DNA of 64,000 nt from an uncultured Acidimicrobiales bacterium (GCA_963803875.1 CAWDOA010000017.1:15247-79246); one strand, 5' to 3'. Shown: positions 49,762-59,829, counted from the first letter of the stretch. Translations and numbers: made by a program. The notes: generated by a model from the sequence alone, not told the origin.

Positions 49762-50476
49762 CTAGCGGAACAGATCCCCGTCGTAGCTTCGAACCACATC
49801 GTCAACCACGGTTCCGTTGCCGAACCAGGACGGGTCGACGCCCCTGATGACCGCCACCGCCACGCCGGAGCTCTTGCCTCTGATCAGCTCGGCAGCACCG
49901 GCGAGCTCATCAACGATGCAGATTTCGGTGACGGTGAGCGTACGGCCGGTGGCGTCGGGGGATCCCCGCAGGTCGAGTATCGGCCGGATTCCGGCACAGC
50001 CCAGTGCGATGTCGGTAACGCCGCGTCGCCAGGGTCGGCCGAAGGTGTCGGCCACGATGACTGCGACTTCGGTTCCGAGCCGGTGGGTGATGGCGTCGCG
50101 GATTCGGCGAGCAGAACGATCGGAGTCCTCAGGGAGCAGAGCCGCGATGTCAGGCGCAACGTTGCTTCGATCGATCCCTGCGTTGGCGCAGACGTAGCCA
50201 TGTTTGGTTTCGGTGATGATCAGGTCACCTCGGCGGCGCAACACCCGCTTGGCCTCGGCGACCACGAGTGGCTTGTGGCTCAGCGGATCCGTGGGATCTA
50301 CGCGCACCAGTTGACCCTCCGCCTTGCTGACCACCTTCTGGCTGACTATCAGAACGTCACCTTTGGCACAGGGGGTACTCGGCCTGGCAGGCGGTATGGA
50401 TCAGCCCGGCGAGATCGTCGCCGGGCTGGATTTCCGGGAGGCCCTCGATTGCCACAATTTCCAGCCGTTTCGCCAT
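49762..50476 (-). CDS. cofE: Coenzyme F420-0:L-glutamate ligase; +1 frameshift near 50367
   Basis: MAKRLEIVAIEGLPEIQPGDDLA, then GDVLIVSQKVVSKAEG, CANAGIDRSN, DTFGRPWRRG, DELAGAAEL. Confidence 0.9.
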
Positions 50477-50516
50477 GAGCCGAACCTACTGGGTGGATCG
50501 AATCTTGGGATCGGGT

Positions 50517-50765
50517 CTATGTGAAGATAATTTGTCCGCCGGCGGCCATTTCGTAGAACTCGCCGACGGTGATAATCCCTTCCACGTAGTCGACGAGATC
50601 GTCCTCGGTGAAGCCGAAAAGATCTGCGGACGCCATACATGCATACAGGCCCGCGCCAGTGTCGGAGATCATCTCTACGAACTCAGGGATATCGGGAATG
50701 TCGAGCGCCTCGATCTTGTGTTCCGTGTATTTGGTAGCGAGGGCCGACACACCGGGGATTCCGCC
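50517..50765 (-). pseudogene. C-terminal remnant of a DsrE/DsrF/DrsH-like (DsrE2) protein
   Basis: GGIPGVSALAT...LDIPDIPEFVEMISDTGAGLYAC.AS.DLF...IITVGEFYE.AAGGQIIFT; the N-terminal half is not found upstream. Confidence 0.7.
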
Positions 50766-50786
50766 GGGGCCCAAACCGCTGACAGA

Positions 50787-50800
50787 GTGACGTTTGACCC
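50787..50800. promoter_or_regulatory. DosR/DevR-type box
   Basis: GTGACGTTTGACCC, 35 bp upstream of the CBS gene. Confidence 0.6.
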
Positions 50801-50835
50801 TGCCCGAGCGCCTCGCAAACCCTTGAAATGGGGTC

Positions 50836-51216
50836 ATGAGAAACAGCGCACAACAGCCGAGGCTTGTGAGGGACCTGATGACGTTCGATGTGCTGACGTT
50901 GCTTCCCACGGACACGGTCGACGACGCACGAGATCGCATGCTGGTCGGAGCCATCAACGCTATTCCCATTGTGGCTGAGAACGGTCAGACGGTCGGGATG
51001 GTCACCTCGCACGACCTCGTTGACGACTGGGAGGGCACGTCACCGCTCTCGGCGTGCATGACTCACACCGTGGTCACCATGGACTCGTCGGCCAGCGTGG
51101 TCGAGGCTGCTCAGGTGATGAAGGCCGAACTGATTCATCACCTCGTGATCACTGAGGATGGCCAAGCTGTCGGTGTGTTGTCCACCTTTGATCTACTCGA
51201 CGCTCTATCGGAATGA
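50836..51216 (+). CDS. CBS domain protein
   Basis: VRDLMT, IPIV..GMVTSHDL, HHLVI..VGVLSTFDLL. Confidence 0.9.
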   Translation: MRNSAQQPRLVRDLMTFDVLTLLPTDTVDDARDRMLVGAINAIPIVAENGQTVGMVTSHDLVDDWEGTSPLSACMTHTVVTMDSSASVVEAAQVMKAELIHHLVITEDGQAVGVLSTFDLLDALSE

Positions 51217-51225
51217 GGTACCACC

Positions 51226-51594
51226 ATGACTACCAAGTTCATTCGTCGCAGGGATGAGCTCCTCGCCGGGTTTCGCGCCCTCCGCCGCGATTTGCCGCAG
51301 GTCATGGCCGGGTTCGGCCAGATCCACAAGGCCGCCATGTCCGACGGAGAGTTGCCGACCAAGACCAAAGAACTGATAGCGCTGGCCATAGGTGTCACCA
51401 GTCGTTGCGAAGGGTGCATTGCGCTCCATACCTACGATGCGCTGAAGGCGGGGGCGACGAAGGCAGAGGTCCACGAGGCGCTGGGCGTCGCAATCATGAT
51501 GGGAGGCGGACCGGCAGCGGTGTACGCCTCCGAAGCCGTCGAGGCGGTGGAACAGTTCTACCTTCACCGCGACGATGAAGCGACCAGCGGATAG
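51226..51594 (+). CDS. Carboxymuconolactone decarboxylase / AhpD family protein
   Basis: KTKELIALAIGVTSRCEGCIALH, MMGGGPA. Confidence 0.92.
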   Translation: MTTKFIRRRDELLAGFRALRRDLPQVMAGFGQIHKAAMSDGELPTKTKELIALAIGVTSRCEGCIALHTYDALKAGATKAEVHEALGVAIMMGGGPAAVYASEAVEAVEQFYLHRDDEATSG

Positions 51595-53070
51595 ATGACC
51601 GAGAAGTACGCCGATATCGCCGAGACCCACATCTCGACGGTGTTCTTCGCTGGTGACCGGGCGTACAAGCTACTGAAGCCGGTCAAGATGGGGTTTCTCG
51701 ACTTCTCGACTTCGGAGCGACGCATGGAGGCCGCAGAGCGGGAATTGCAGCTCAATCGCCGTATTGCTCCCGATGTCTACCTGGGCCTGTCCGACGTCAT
51801 CGAAGGGCAATCCACGGTTGATCGATTCCTGGTCATGAAGCGGATGCCCACTCACAGGCGACTCTCACTGCTGTTGACACAGCCCGACAGCGAATCGCAC
51901 GTGCGGCGAGTAGCGCGATCGATCGCCCAGTTCCACGCATCCCTGGACCCTGTGCGAAAGGAACCGTCACCGGCGTCGCTGCCGGCGGTGAAGAAGAACT
52001 GGGATGACAACGTCGAGACGATGACACCGTACGTCGGACCGGTCCTGGATCCGGTTCAGTTTGGTCGGGTACGGGCCATGTACTCAACCTTCATCGAAGC
52101 CCGTGAGTTGTTGTTCGCGCAGCGAATCGATTCGGGTTTGGTCAGAGACGGTCACGGCGACCTGACCGCCGACGACATTTTCTGCCTCGATGATGGTCCC
52201 CGAATCCTCGACTGCCTCGCATTCGATGATTCGCTGCGGATCAGCGATGTGCTGCTCGATGTTGCGTTCTTGGCGATGGATGTCGAACGGTTGGCCGGTC
52301 CGGCCCTTGCGGACCATTTCATGGGCAGTTACACCGAGTTCTCCAACGAGCATCATCCGGCGTCGTTGCTACATCACTACGTTGCGTACCGAGCACACGT
52401 CCGAGCCAAGATTGCGTGCCTCCGGTTCACCCAGGGTGACATCGATTCCGCCGATTCTGCTCGTGCGTACCTGCAGCTGTCCCTGCGGCATCTGGAAGTG
52501 GCGGCGGTCAGGCTGGTGCTGATCGGCGGCTCGCCGGGAACGGGAAAGACCACCCTCGCCAACGCCCTGGGCGCTCAGCGCAACTGGATCGTGCTCAATT
52601 CCGATGAACTTCGCAAGGATGTCGCCGGTCAAGGGCATCAGGACCGCGATGTAACGCCATTCGGTACGGGCATCTATTCGGCAGAATTCAACCAACGGAC
52701 ATACGCCACACTGCTCGATCAGGCACTGCGTCTGCTCAGGCAGGGGGAATCGGTGATTCTGGATGCCTCTTGGCCCACTGGGGAGCTCCGGTCCGCGGCC
52801 CGAGAGATTGCCGCATCGGGAGGGGCCGTCCTCCACGAGTTCGAGTGTGCGCTCCCCGCCGAGGAATGCAAGGCGAGGATTATCGATCGGCTCAGCAAAC
52901 CTGAACGCAACGACTTCTCTGACGCCACGCCTTCGATCGTGGAGGATGCGATCGCCAGTCGCGATGTTTGGCCGGAGGCAGTTGTGATCGATTCCTCGCA
53001 TCACGTAGCCCAGTTGGTCACCGAGGTTGGAACCGAACTCGACATGGCCGAGGAGTCGCAAGGGACCTAA
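51595..53070 (+). CDS. Aminoglycoside phosphotransferase-like + AAA_33 ATPase (Rv2004c-like)
   Basis: ETHIS.VF, AYKLLKPV..GFLDF, RDGHGDL, LDCLAF, YRAHVRAK, GGSPGTGKT. Confidence 0.92.
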   Translation: MTEKYADIAETHISTVFFAGDRAYKLLKPVKMGFLDFSTSERRMEAAERELQLNRRIAPDVYLGLSDVIEGQSTVDRFLVMKRMPTHRRLSLLLTQPDSESHVRRVARSIAQFHASLDPVRKEPSPASLPAVKKNWDDNVETMTPYVGPVLDPVQFGRVRAMYSTFIEARELLFAQRIDSGLVRDGHGDLTADDIFCLDDGPRILDCLAFDDSLRISDVLLDVAFLAMDVERLAGPALADHFMGSYTEFSNEHHPASLLHHYVAYRAHVRAKIACLRFTQGDIDSADSARAYLQLSLRHLEVAAVRLVLIGGSPGTGKTTLANALGAQRNWIVLNSDELRKDVAGQGHQDRDVTPFGTGIYSAEFNQRTYATLLDQALRLLRQGESVILDASWPTGELRSAAREIAASGGAVLHEFECALPAEECKARIIDRLSKPERNDFSDATPSIVEDAIASRDVWPEAVVIDSSHHVAQLVTEVGTELDMAEESQGT

Positions 53071-53110
53071 TGCTCTGCCCTCGTTCGCAAGCTCGACTGA
53101 TCATGAGCCT

Positions 53111-53977
53111 ATGAACACCAACTCCGACAGGCCCCAGGTTGTCGTTGGCATCGACGGGTCTCCAGACTCCCGACTTGCCTTGGAATGGGCGGCTGACCCA
53201 GACAAGGGTCTTGGAGACATCCGGACGCTGACGGCCTACAACATCGGCCCGTTCTTCGATGGACTGGGAATGGCGCCCAGCGCGGTGTACAGCCCGGAGA
53301 TCTTCCAAAGCGCAGCCGAGGAACGAGCCGTCGCGGTTCTGAACCAGGTGGATCCCGGTCTGGTGGAGACGCATCGCACCGTGCAGGGGTCTGCCGGCCG
53401 TTGCCTGGTTGAGGCTGCTGAGGGGCTCGATCTGCTGGTTGTGGGCTGTCGTGGTCGCAGTGCCGCAGCCGAGATGCTCCTGGGTTCGGTGGGTTCCTAC
53501 TGTGTGAAGCATTCCTCGGTCCCGGTTGCGATCGTGCCTGAGACCGGAAACGTCAAAGGTCCCCTGTCGCGTCTCGTCGTTGGGATAGATGGTTCGGACA
53601 ACTCCAAGGCTGCGCTGCGATGGGCGCTTGATCACGTTGACAGCGACGGCAAGGTTGTCGCCATGGGAACATTCAACATGATGTTCCATGCGTTCAGCGT
53701 GCCTGAACCTCCCGAATCCGAACTGGTCGATCAGATGTTGGACACGGTCCGTGAAACTGTGGAAGTCGTGTCACGCCCTGACGAGATCGACAAGCTCATC
53801 GAGATCGATGTCCATGCCGGGGACCCGAGAATGGAGCTGCGCCTCGCCGGTGAGCAGGCGAGCGCCCTGGTACTTGGCTCCCGGGGTCATCGCGGAGTTG
53901 CCCATCTGTTGCTTGGTTCCACCGCCACCTCGCTTGCCCAGCACCCTACGTCGGTCACGATCGTTGTCCCCGAATAG
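53111..53977 (+). CDS. Tandem universal stress protein
   Basis: VVVGIDGS twice, LLVVGCRG..LLGSV, LVLGSRG..LLGST. Confidence 0.93.
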   Translation: MNTNSDRPQVVVGIDGSPDSRLALEWAADPDKGLGDIRTLTAYNIGPFFDGLGMAPSAVYSPEIFQSAAEERAVAVLNQVDPGLVETHRTVQGSAGRCLVEAAEGLDLLVVGCRGRSAAAEMLLGSVGSYCVKHSSVPVAIVPETGNVKGPLSRLVVGIDGSDNSKAALRWALDHVDSDGKVVAMGTFNMMFHAFSVPEPPESELVDQMLDTVRETVEVVSRPDEIDKLIEIDVHAGDPRMELRLAGEQASALVLGSRGHRGVAHLLLGSTATSLAQHPTSVTIVVPE

Positions 53978-53997
53978 GCGTAGTTCCCGTCGGGGCT

Positions 53998-54011
53998 GGG
54001 ACTAAAGTCCC
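53998..54011. promoter_or_regulatory. DosR/DevR box, consensus match
   Basis: GGGACTAAAGTCCC matches the mycobacterial core GGGACTWWAGTCCC; lies upstream of the regulator gene. Confidence 0.85.
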
Positions 54012-54076
54012 TATTGAGGGCGGCCAGCTGGAGGACATCATGCCTACAAGCTGAGCTGGCCCCGTGGGATGTGTGC

Positions 54077-54757
54077 ATGAAGACCGAAAAGGATGATGGC
54101 GGCGGCCCAGCCCCTATCGGCGTCTTCCTGCTCGACGATCACGAGATCGTGCGTCGGGGTGTCGCCGATCTGTTGAACGCCGAAGCCGACATCACAGTCG
54201 TCGGAGAAGCGGGCACAGCTGCCGAAGCTCTGAGGGAGGTTGAGCATTGTCACCCCGATGTTGCGGTCCTCGATGTCCGATTGGGCGACGGCAACGGTAT
54301 CGAGGTGTGCCGAGACATCAGGTCTGAGTATCCACACATCGCCTGTCTCATCCTCACATCGTTCGCTGATGATCATGCGCTCGTCGATGCGTCCTTTGCC
54401 GGAGCCGCCGGCTATGTCCTCAAGCAGATCCGCAGCAACGACCTGGTCGAGTCCATTCGAAAGGTCGCCAACGGATCGGCGCTCTTGGACACCGCGACCG
54501 TACGTATGGCAATGGCGCGGCTCAAGGACAGCGAGGAGGGCCGGGTGGCCACGCTCACACCCCAGGAGCACAAGATCTTTGATCTCATCGGCGAGGGACG
54601 ATCGAATCGTCAGATCGCCGATGAACTGTTCCTCGCCGAGAAGACGGTCAAGAACTATGTGTCAAACCTGCTGTCCAAGTTGGGTATGAGTCGTCGAACT
54701 GAGGCTGCTGCGTTCGCAGCCCGACTCGAGGAACGAGCCAAGAAACGCTACGAATAG
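54077..54757 (+). CDS. dosR: DosR/DevR-like response regulator
   Basis: VFLLDDHEIVRRG, LDVRL.DGNGIEVCR, LTSF.DD, FLAEKTVKNYVSNLLSKLGM.RRTEAA. Confidence 0.85.
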   Translation: MKTEKDDGGGPAPIGVFLLDDHEIVRRGVADLLNAEADITVVGEAGTAAEALREVEHCHPDVAVLDVRLGDGNGIEVCRDIRSEYPHIACLILTSFADDHALVDASFAGAAGYVLKQIRSNDLVESIRKVANGSALLDTATVRMAMARLKDSEEGRVATLTPQEHKIFDLIGEGRSNRQIADELFLAEKTVKNYVSNLLSKLGMSRRTEAAAFAARLEERAKKRYE

Positions 54758-54767
54758 AACGTCTCGG

Positions 54768-56177
54768 TCAGGAATCGTCCACCAGCGGTGTGATCAATCC
54801 GTAGTGGCCGTCGAATCGCCGGTAAAGGACATTTCCGCGACTGCTCTTGGCATTGACGAAGAAATGGAACGGTAGTCGACCCTGATCGAGAACTTCGATC
54901 GCCACGATCAGCGTGTGGACCGGGGGTGTGTCAGCGGCGAACTCGAACTGAGCACTGTTCGACTCGGCCTCCACCGTTGCTTCGCCCAATCCGTGGATTA
55001 TGTATGCGCCGTCGGTTCGCTCCAGCACACAGTCCTTGCCGGTGTTGAGCTCTACGAAAAGAAAGAAGTCGAAGTCCATGAGATCTGCATCCCAGGCGGC
55101 TTCTTCCACGGTCATATCGGTTGGGGCAAAGGTCTTGTGCCGGACGATCTCCCGCTCTTCGGGCGGTCGGTCGAAGTATGGGAGCATCGGAGTTGGACGG
55201 TTCCCGTGGCGCCACTCTCCATCAGCGGAACGAAGCCCGGTCGGACTGTGGCGACGCCGGTCCCGGCGACTCTCCACCTTCGAGCGAAGCTTGGACAAGA
55301 CCTGGTCGACCGCTTCGTGGAGTGTTCCCGCTGATGCCGCCACTCGGAGGAAGCTGCCGCCCAGGTCGATTGTCGACTCAACGACCGCCGGATCCTGTGC
55401 CGATGGATTTGACGACATCGACAGTTTGATTCGTGCAGCGTGGACGGTTTCGGGGATCTGGTCGACGATGTGGTCGAGTCGGTCTTTCGCATAGGAGACA
55501 GCGCCCTTGGGCACGCCGGTCCGATTGACAACCTCGATCTCAACGGTGGGAGCCTCCGGTACTGGCTCCCAGTCCGGTTCGACACCGAGCCACTGCTCAA
55601 CAATCGCTCCGCGACGCACCCTGAGCCACGTTGGTGGCAGATCGGAGTCGTCGGGTAGCTCTACTGCAACATTGCGATCTTCGCCATGCAAGATGACATC
55701 GTCGAGGTTGGCTCTCCAGCCTGAGTCCTCGAGGGCGGCGCGAAGATGGCGGTGACCGGTAATCGGTCCGTCGGCCGTGTGCACTACTGCCTCGGGCAGG
55801 TAGAGCGAAGCGGCCAGGTCGAAGTTCTGTTCCTCCATCGATTCCAGCCATGCCTCGACAACGCGAAACGGCTGCGTTGTGACGTCGATTCCAAACTCGT
55901 CATGCGCCGTTGTCCGAATCTTGGAACCGGGGCGAGCGGCACCGGTAAGGTCACCGAATCGGCGATGGCGGTGGTTGGTTCGGGAGCCCTTGCGTAACTT
56001 GACACTCTCGGCGGTTTCGGCGCCGTGACTCCGGCGTAGTCCGAAGTGCACTCGCGCGCTTGGGACCCGTGCTGCAGTCTCCACTTCTGATAGTGGCGCC
56101 CTGTAGGTCCGGCCACGACGCACTATGTAGACGCACTGCTGCTCGTCGTCGATCCGTAGAACTCTTCCATCTGGCAC
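54768..56177 (-). CDS. Multidomain HPF/RaiA protein with S30EA C-terminal domains and extra N-terminal domains
   Basis: aggagg RBS; VSYAKDRL...EAVDQVLSKLR (HPF); IVRHKTF..MTVEEAAW...FDFFLF; GNVLYRRFDGHYGLI. Confidence 0.85.
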   Translation of the reverse strand: MPDGRVLRIDDEQQCVYIVRRGRTYRAPLSEVETAARVPSARVHFGLRRSHGAETAESVKLRKGSRTNHRHRRFGDLTGAARPGSKIRTTAHDEFGIDVTTQPFRVVEAWLESMEEQNFDLAASLYLPEAVVHTADGPITGHRHLRAALEDSGWRANLDDVILHGEDRNVAVELPDDSDLPPTWLRVRRGAIVEQWLGVEPDWEPVPEAPTVEIEVVNRTGVPKGAVSYAKDRLDHIVDQIPETVHAARIKLSMSSNPSAQDPAVVESTIDLGGSFLRVAASAGTLHEAVDQVLSKLRSKVESRRDRRRHSPTGLRSADGEWRHGNRPTPMLPYFDRPPEEREIVRHKTFAPTDMTVEEAAWDADLMDFDFFLFVELNTGKDCVLERTDGAYIIHGLGEATVEAESNSAQFEFAADTPPVHTLIVAIEVLDQGRLPFHFFVNAKSSRGNVLYRRFDGHYGLITPLVDDS

Positions 56178-56295
56178 TTGGATTCCTCCTAGAAGGATTG
56201 TGTTGTGTGATCGCTTTGGTTGGAGATCACGCTCTGTTTGGAGATCAAGATGTGAATGATGCCATTCAGCTCACCATCCTCCCCACGTTGTGACT

Positions 56296-57312
56296 CTAGA
56301 AGGGGCCAAGGTCCTCATGTGGCCTACGGCCGGCGTCGGGCATGTCGTCGGCGATTTCACCAACGAGTTCTGACACGATGTCTTCGATTGTGGCCAGGCC
56401 GAGGGTCTTTCCGGTTGGATCGGTCACGATCGCCACAAGGGACCCTGATGCCTGCATCTTGCCAAGGAGCTGCGACAATCGATCCTCGGGTCGGCACCGC
56501 AACACCGACGCGGTCAGGGAAGCCACGGGTACCTCAGGTTGTCGGTCGATTTGAGCGGCGAGGTCGCGGAGTCGAACGGTACCAACGACCTGATCCAGGC
56601 TGTCGCCCGTGACGGGTAGGCGCCGGTGTCCGGCCGCGATCGCGGTCGCGAGGGCATCGCCCGCAGCGACCGCGGCGGAGACGTGAACGATATTGTCGCG
56701 GTGCACCATCACATCGGCGACGTTGCGGTCGTTGAACTCGAAGGATCTGGCAACCAGTTCGGCGTCGTGAGCTTCGATCTCGCCGGCATCAGCCGCCTCC
56801 TGGGCTACCGAGACGATTTCCTCAGCTGTGAACACACCCAGGGTCGCTCCATGGCCGGGTGACTGTAGATCAGCCAGACGAAGTAGCGCGGCAACGATTG
56901 GTCGAAGAATGGCCGAGAGCATCGACACAACCGGTGTGACCCGCATGGCCATCCGGTATGGGTCTCTCACCGCCAACGTCTTGGGGATCGCCTCGGCATA
57001 CACGAACAGAGCCAGCGTGAGAGCCACTGTCGCCGCCGGGAGTCCAAGGCCGCCAAACCATTGTTCGGCCAGGAACGCTCCCACCGTGGCGCTGGTGATC
57101 TGTAGGAGCAGGACGAAGAACAAGATCGAGTTGAGAACGATTGGTAGATCGTCGAGCAGAGCGATGAGTTCATCGGATCGTCGCTGGTTGGAGTCGGCAG
57201 CAGCTATCACCGCAGAGCGACGTACTCGGATGATCGAGACCTCGGCGACGGCCAGCACCGCCACTCCGATGAAGCAGGCGATGAGTACAACGATGAGCAG
57301 CGGAACAACCAC
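56296..57312 (-). CDS. CNNM/DUF21 + CBS hemolysin-family membrane protein
   Basis: AEVSII, AEAIPKTLA, FNDRNVADVMVHR, GLATIEDIVSELVGEI. Confidence 0.9.
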   Translation of the reverse strand: MVVPLLIVVLIACFIGVAVLAVAEVSIIRVRRSAVIAAADSNQRRSDELIALLDDLPIVLNSILFFVLLLQITSATVGAFLAEQWFGGLGLPAATVALTLALFVYAEAIPKTLAVRDPYRMAMRVTPVVSMLSAILRPIVAALLRLADLQSPGHGATLGVFTAEEIVSVAQEAADAGEIEAHDAELVARSFEFNDRNVADVMVHRDNIVHVSAAVAAGDALATAIAAGHRRLPVTGDSLDQVVGTVRLRDLAAQIDRQPEVPVASLTASVLRCRPEDRLSQLLGKMQASGSLVAIVTDPTGKTLGLATIEDIVSELVGEIADDMPDAGRRPHEDLGPF

Positions 57313-57373
57313 AGGGACATCGTGGGGTCGTTTCGGGCATGGCGCTAGGGCCCTACGGCCACATCGTTCTCCT

Positions 57374-57405
57374 GTGACTTTGTGCTCTGCTGTGAGCTCG
57401 GTCCC
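57374..57405. promoter_or_regulatory. Two degenerate DosR-type boxes
   Basis: GTGACTTTGTGCTC (57374) and GTGAGCTCGGTCCC (57392) upstream of the USP gene. Confidence 0.35.
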
Positions 57406-57446
57406 GCCATCAGGCTGGTGGTAATCGGGAACCAGGGAGGTTGTAC

Positions 57447-57896
57447 ATGTTCAAGACCATTGTCGTTGGCACCGACGGTTCGATCAACGCTGAACGGGCT
57501 GTCCGGGCAGCAGCCTCAATTGCGAAAGAGCAGAATGCACACCTGCATGTCGTCACCGGTGCCCGGCCGATGACACCTGAGCAGATGTACGAGCTCAAAC
57601 GTTCCCTTCCCGATGAGTTTTGGCCTCAACTCCATGCCGACTATTTCAGCGAAGAACGACTCGCCGCTGCGCAGGCAATTTGTAACTCGGCTGGAGTCGA
57701 CGCTGAGACGCATAGCCACGCGTCATCGGGAGCTGATGCGGTGCTCGACGTCGCAGAGACGCACAATGCGGACTTGATCGTTGTCGGATCTCGAGGTGAA
57801 GGGGCAGCCAAACGGCTCATGCACGGCAGTGTCTCGACCAAGGTGTTACACCACGCCCCCTGTTCGATCTTGGTGGTACGCGAAGAGGTCGTCTAG
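57447..57896 (+). CDS. Universal stress protein
   Basis: MFKTIVVGTDGS, DLIVVGSRG..GSVS..APCSILVV; ggagg RBS. Confidence 0.94.
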   Translation: MFKTIVVGTDGSINAERAVRAAASIAKEQNAHLHVVTGARPMTPEQMYELKRSLPDEFWPQLHADYFSEERLAAAQAICNSAGVDAETHSHASSGADAVLDVAETHNADLIVVGSRGEGAAKRLMHGSVSTKVLHHAPCSILVVREEVV

Positions 57897-57919
57897 CTCG
57901 TTGACCTTCGCCGCCAGCC

Positions 57920-59701
57920 TCAGAGGTCGCCGGTCTGCCAGGTGAGGATTGCGCCTCCGGTCTTGCTGTTTGCGAGAGTTGAAGTTCCACCCACCCGCTC
58001 AGCCCGTGATCGGAGGTTCTTGAGCCCGTGACCATGAGCAGAATTGGGGTCGACGCCGGTCCCATCGTCGGCAATGGTGAGGCTGACGTGACCTCCGATG
58101 CAGATGGAAACTTCAGCCGAGCTTGCGCCTGCGTGACGGGCCACGTTGGTCAGTCCTTCGCTGAGCGCCGGAAGGAGCTGCTCGACAACGATTCCGGGTA
58201 TGGCCTCCGAATCGCCGATGACACGAAGTTGCGGGCGGAAACCAAGCGAGGGAACAACCGCTTCGATCGTTGACTCGATGTCGCGTTGGGTTCGGGCCAG
58301 TACCGGTGAGTGCAGCCGAAAGATCGCAGATCGCATGTCCGTGATCGCTCGGTCGAGTTCATCCACCGTTCCTTGAAGTCTCTCCTTGGCGATGGTGTCG
58401 TTCAGGTGACCCTGCAGTGATTGCAGGCCCATTCCTGCTGCGAACAATCGTTGGATGATGAGGTCGTGAAGATCCTCGGCCAACCGGGCACGGTCCTCGA
58501 GAATGCGGAGCCGGGCCTCGTCCCGGCGGGCTCTGCGGGCTTCGGTGAGATCCGCAACATGCACCAGCACTCGGGTGGAGTCGCCTGGACCTTCATCCAT
58601 GACCGCAGCATGCACCCATACCCAGATTTCGTGGCCGTCGGCGTGGATGTATCGCTTCTCGACGGTGAACCGCGGGGTGTGGCCCCCAACAACCCGAAGG
58701 GCCCATTCGTCGCTGTCACCAGCATCGTCAGGGTGGGTGAGCTCAGCAAAGCTCTTGTCGAGTAGCTGTTCGGGCTCGTATCCCAATAGATCACACAGTG
58801 CTTGGTTGACACTCTTGATCCTTCGCCGCCCAGGATCGCTGAAGTCGACGATCGCCATCCCGACGGGGGCGCACTCGAATGCGGTGCGGAAGGCCGACTC
58901 ACTGGCCGCTCGAGCCCGGACGGCATCGAGTCTCTCGGTGATGTCGCGCACGAGAGCAACCAGGCGGCGAGGTCGACCGTTGGCCGCTGCCTCGGGGTAC
59001 TCGACCACGATTTCGACAGGCACCTCGCGACCGTCGCTGCGGCGGTGTGTGGTGGTCAGCGTGACCGAGCCTTGCTCGCCACTGAGCAGTGGCTCCAACA
59101 CTCTTCGAAAGGCCTGCTCGGTGAACTCCGGTTCGATGTCCAAAGGCGTCATCTTCAGCAACTGTTGGCGGCTGTACCCGAGTTGTTTGACAGCTCCGTT
59201 GTTCACGTAGGTGAATCGCAACGAATCCGGATCGAACATGAGGACACCGTCGCGAGCGGAGTTGACCGTGTGAAGCACCGCATGGACTTCGGATTCGGCA
59301 TTGTTCCTTTCGGTGACGTCACGGACTGTGGCAACGACGCCGGCCCCATCTCCGGTTTCCACCGGGCTGAGCGAGATTTCGACCGGAAACTCCGACCCGT
59401 CGCGGCGCCGAGCCCACAGGTTGAGATCGGTGCCCATGGCGCGACGCTCGGGCGCGTTCTGATAGCGACTTCGTTGGTCTCTGTGACGGTCCCGCAGCCG
59501 TTCGGGCAACAGAAGGTCGACATTCTCTCCGATCAGATCGTCGCGGTCGAACCCGAACATGCGCTCGATCTGCCCGTTCACCAAGATGAGACGACCGTCG
59601 TGGTCAACCAAGAGCATCCCGTCGGGTGAGGACTCGACCATGGCCCAGGCGGGGACACCGGAGGAGGCTTCATCGGACACAACCACGATCGGCTCAGACA
59701 T
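57920..59701 (-). CDS. Cytoplasmic triple-PAS sensor kinase with DosS-like HisKA_3/HATPase core
   Basis: Three PAS/PAC repeats; DRARLAEDLHDLIIQRLFAAGMGLQ, EGLTNVARHA, GHGLKNLRSRA. Confidence 0.92.
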   Translation of the reverse strand: MSEPIVVVSDEASSGVPAWAMVESSPDGMLLVDHDGRLILVNGQIERMFGFDRDDLIGENVDLLLPERLRDRHRDQRSRYQNAPERRAMGTDLNLWARRRDGSEFPVEISLSPVETGDGAGVVATVRDVTERNNAESEVHAVLHTVNSARDGVLMFDPDSLRFTYVNNGAVKQLGYSRQQLLKMTPLDIEPEFTEQAFRRVLEPLLSGEQGSVTLTTTHRRSDGREVPVEIVVEYPEAAANGRPRRLVALVRDITERLDAVRARAASESAFRTAFECAPVGMAIVDFSDPGRRRIKSVNQALCDLLGYEPEQLLDKSFAELTHPDDAGDSDEWALRVVGGHTPRFTVEKRYIHADGHEIWVWVHAAVMDEGPGDSTRVLVHVADLTEARRARRDEARLRILEDRARLAEDLHDLIIQRLFAAGMGLQSLQGHLNDTIAKERLQGTVDELDRAITDMRSAIFRLHSPVLARTQRDIESTIEAVVPSLGFRPQLRVIGDSEAIPGIVVEQLLPALSEGLTNVARHAGASSAEVSICIGGHVSLTIADDGTGVDPNSAHGHGLKNLRSRAERVGGTSTLANSKTGGAILTWQTGDL

Positions 59702-59815
59702 CTCGAGTTCGTTCAAGAGCACCCTCGGATCAAGGTGGGACTGGGATTACTTCCAAAGGTACTAGCTAACCGGGCCGACGATGAAAGCGTGTGTAAGGGC
59801 TGGTCTGATTGGCTT

Positions 59816-59829
59816 GGGACCAATGACCC
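59816..59829. promoter_or_regulatory. DosR/DevR-type box
   Basis: GGGACCAATGACCC in the divergent kinase/PNPOx intergenic region. Confidence 0.7.

Noticed and set aside
53062-53075. GGGACCTAATGCTC as a DosR box upstream of the USP gene
   Set aside because: Only one half-site matches and it overlaps the end of the upstream CDS; too weak to call.
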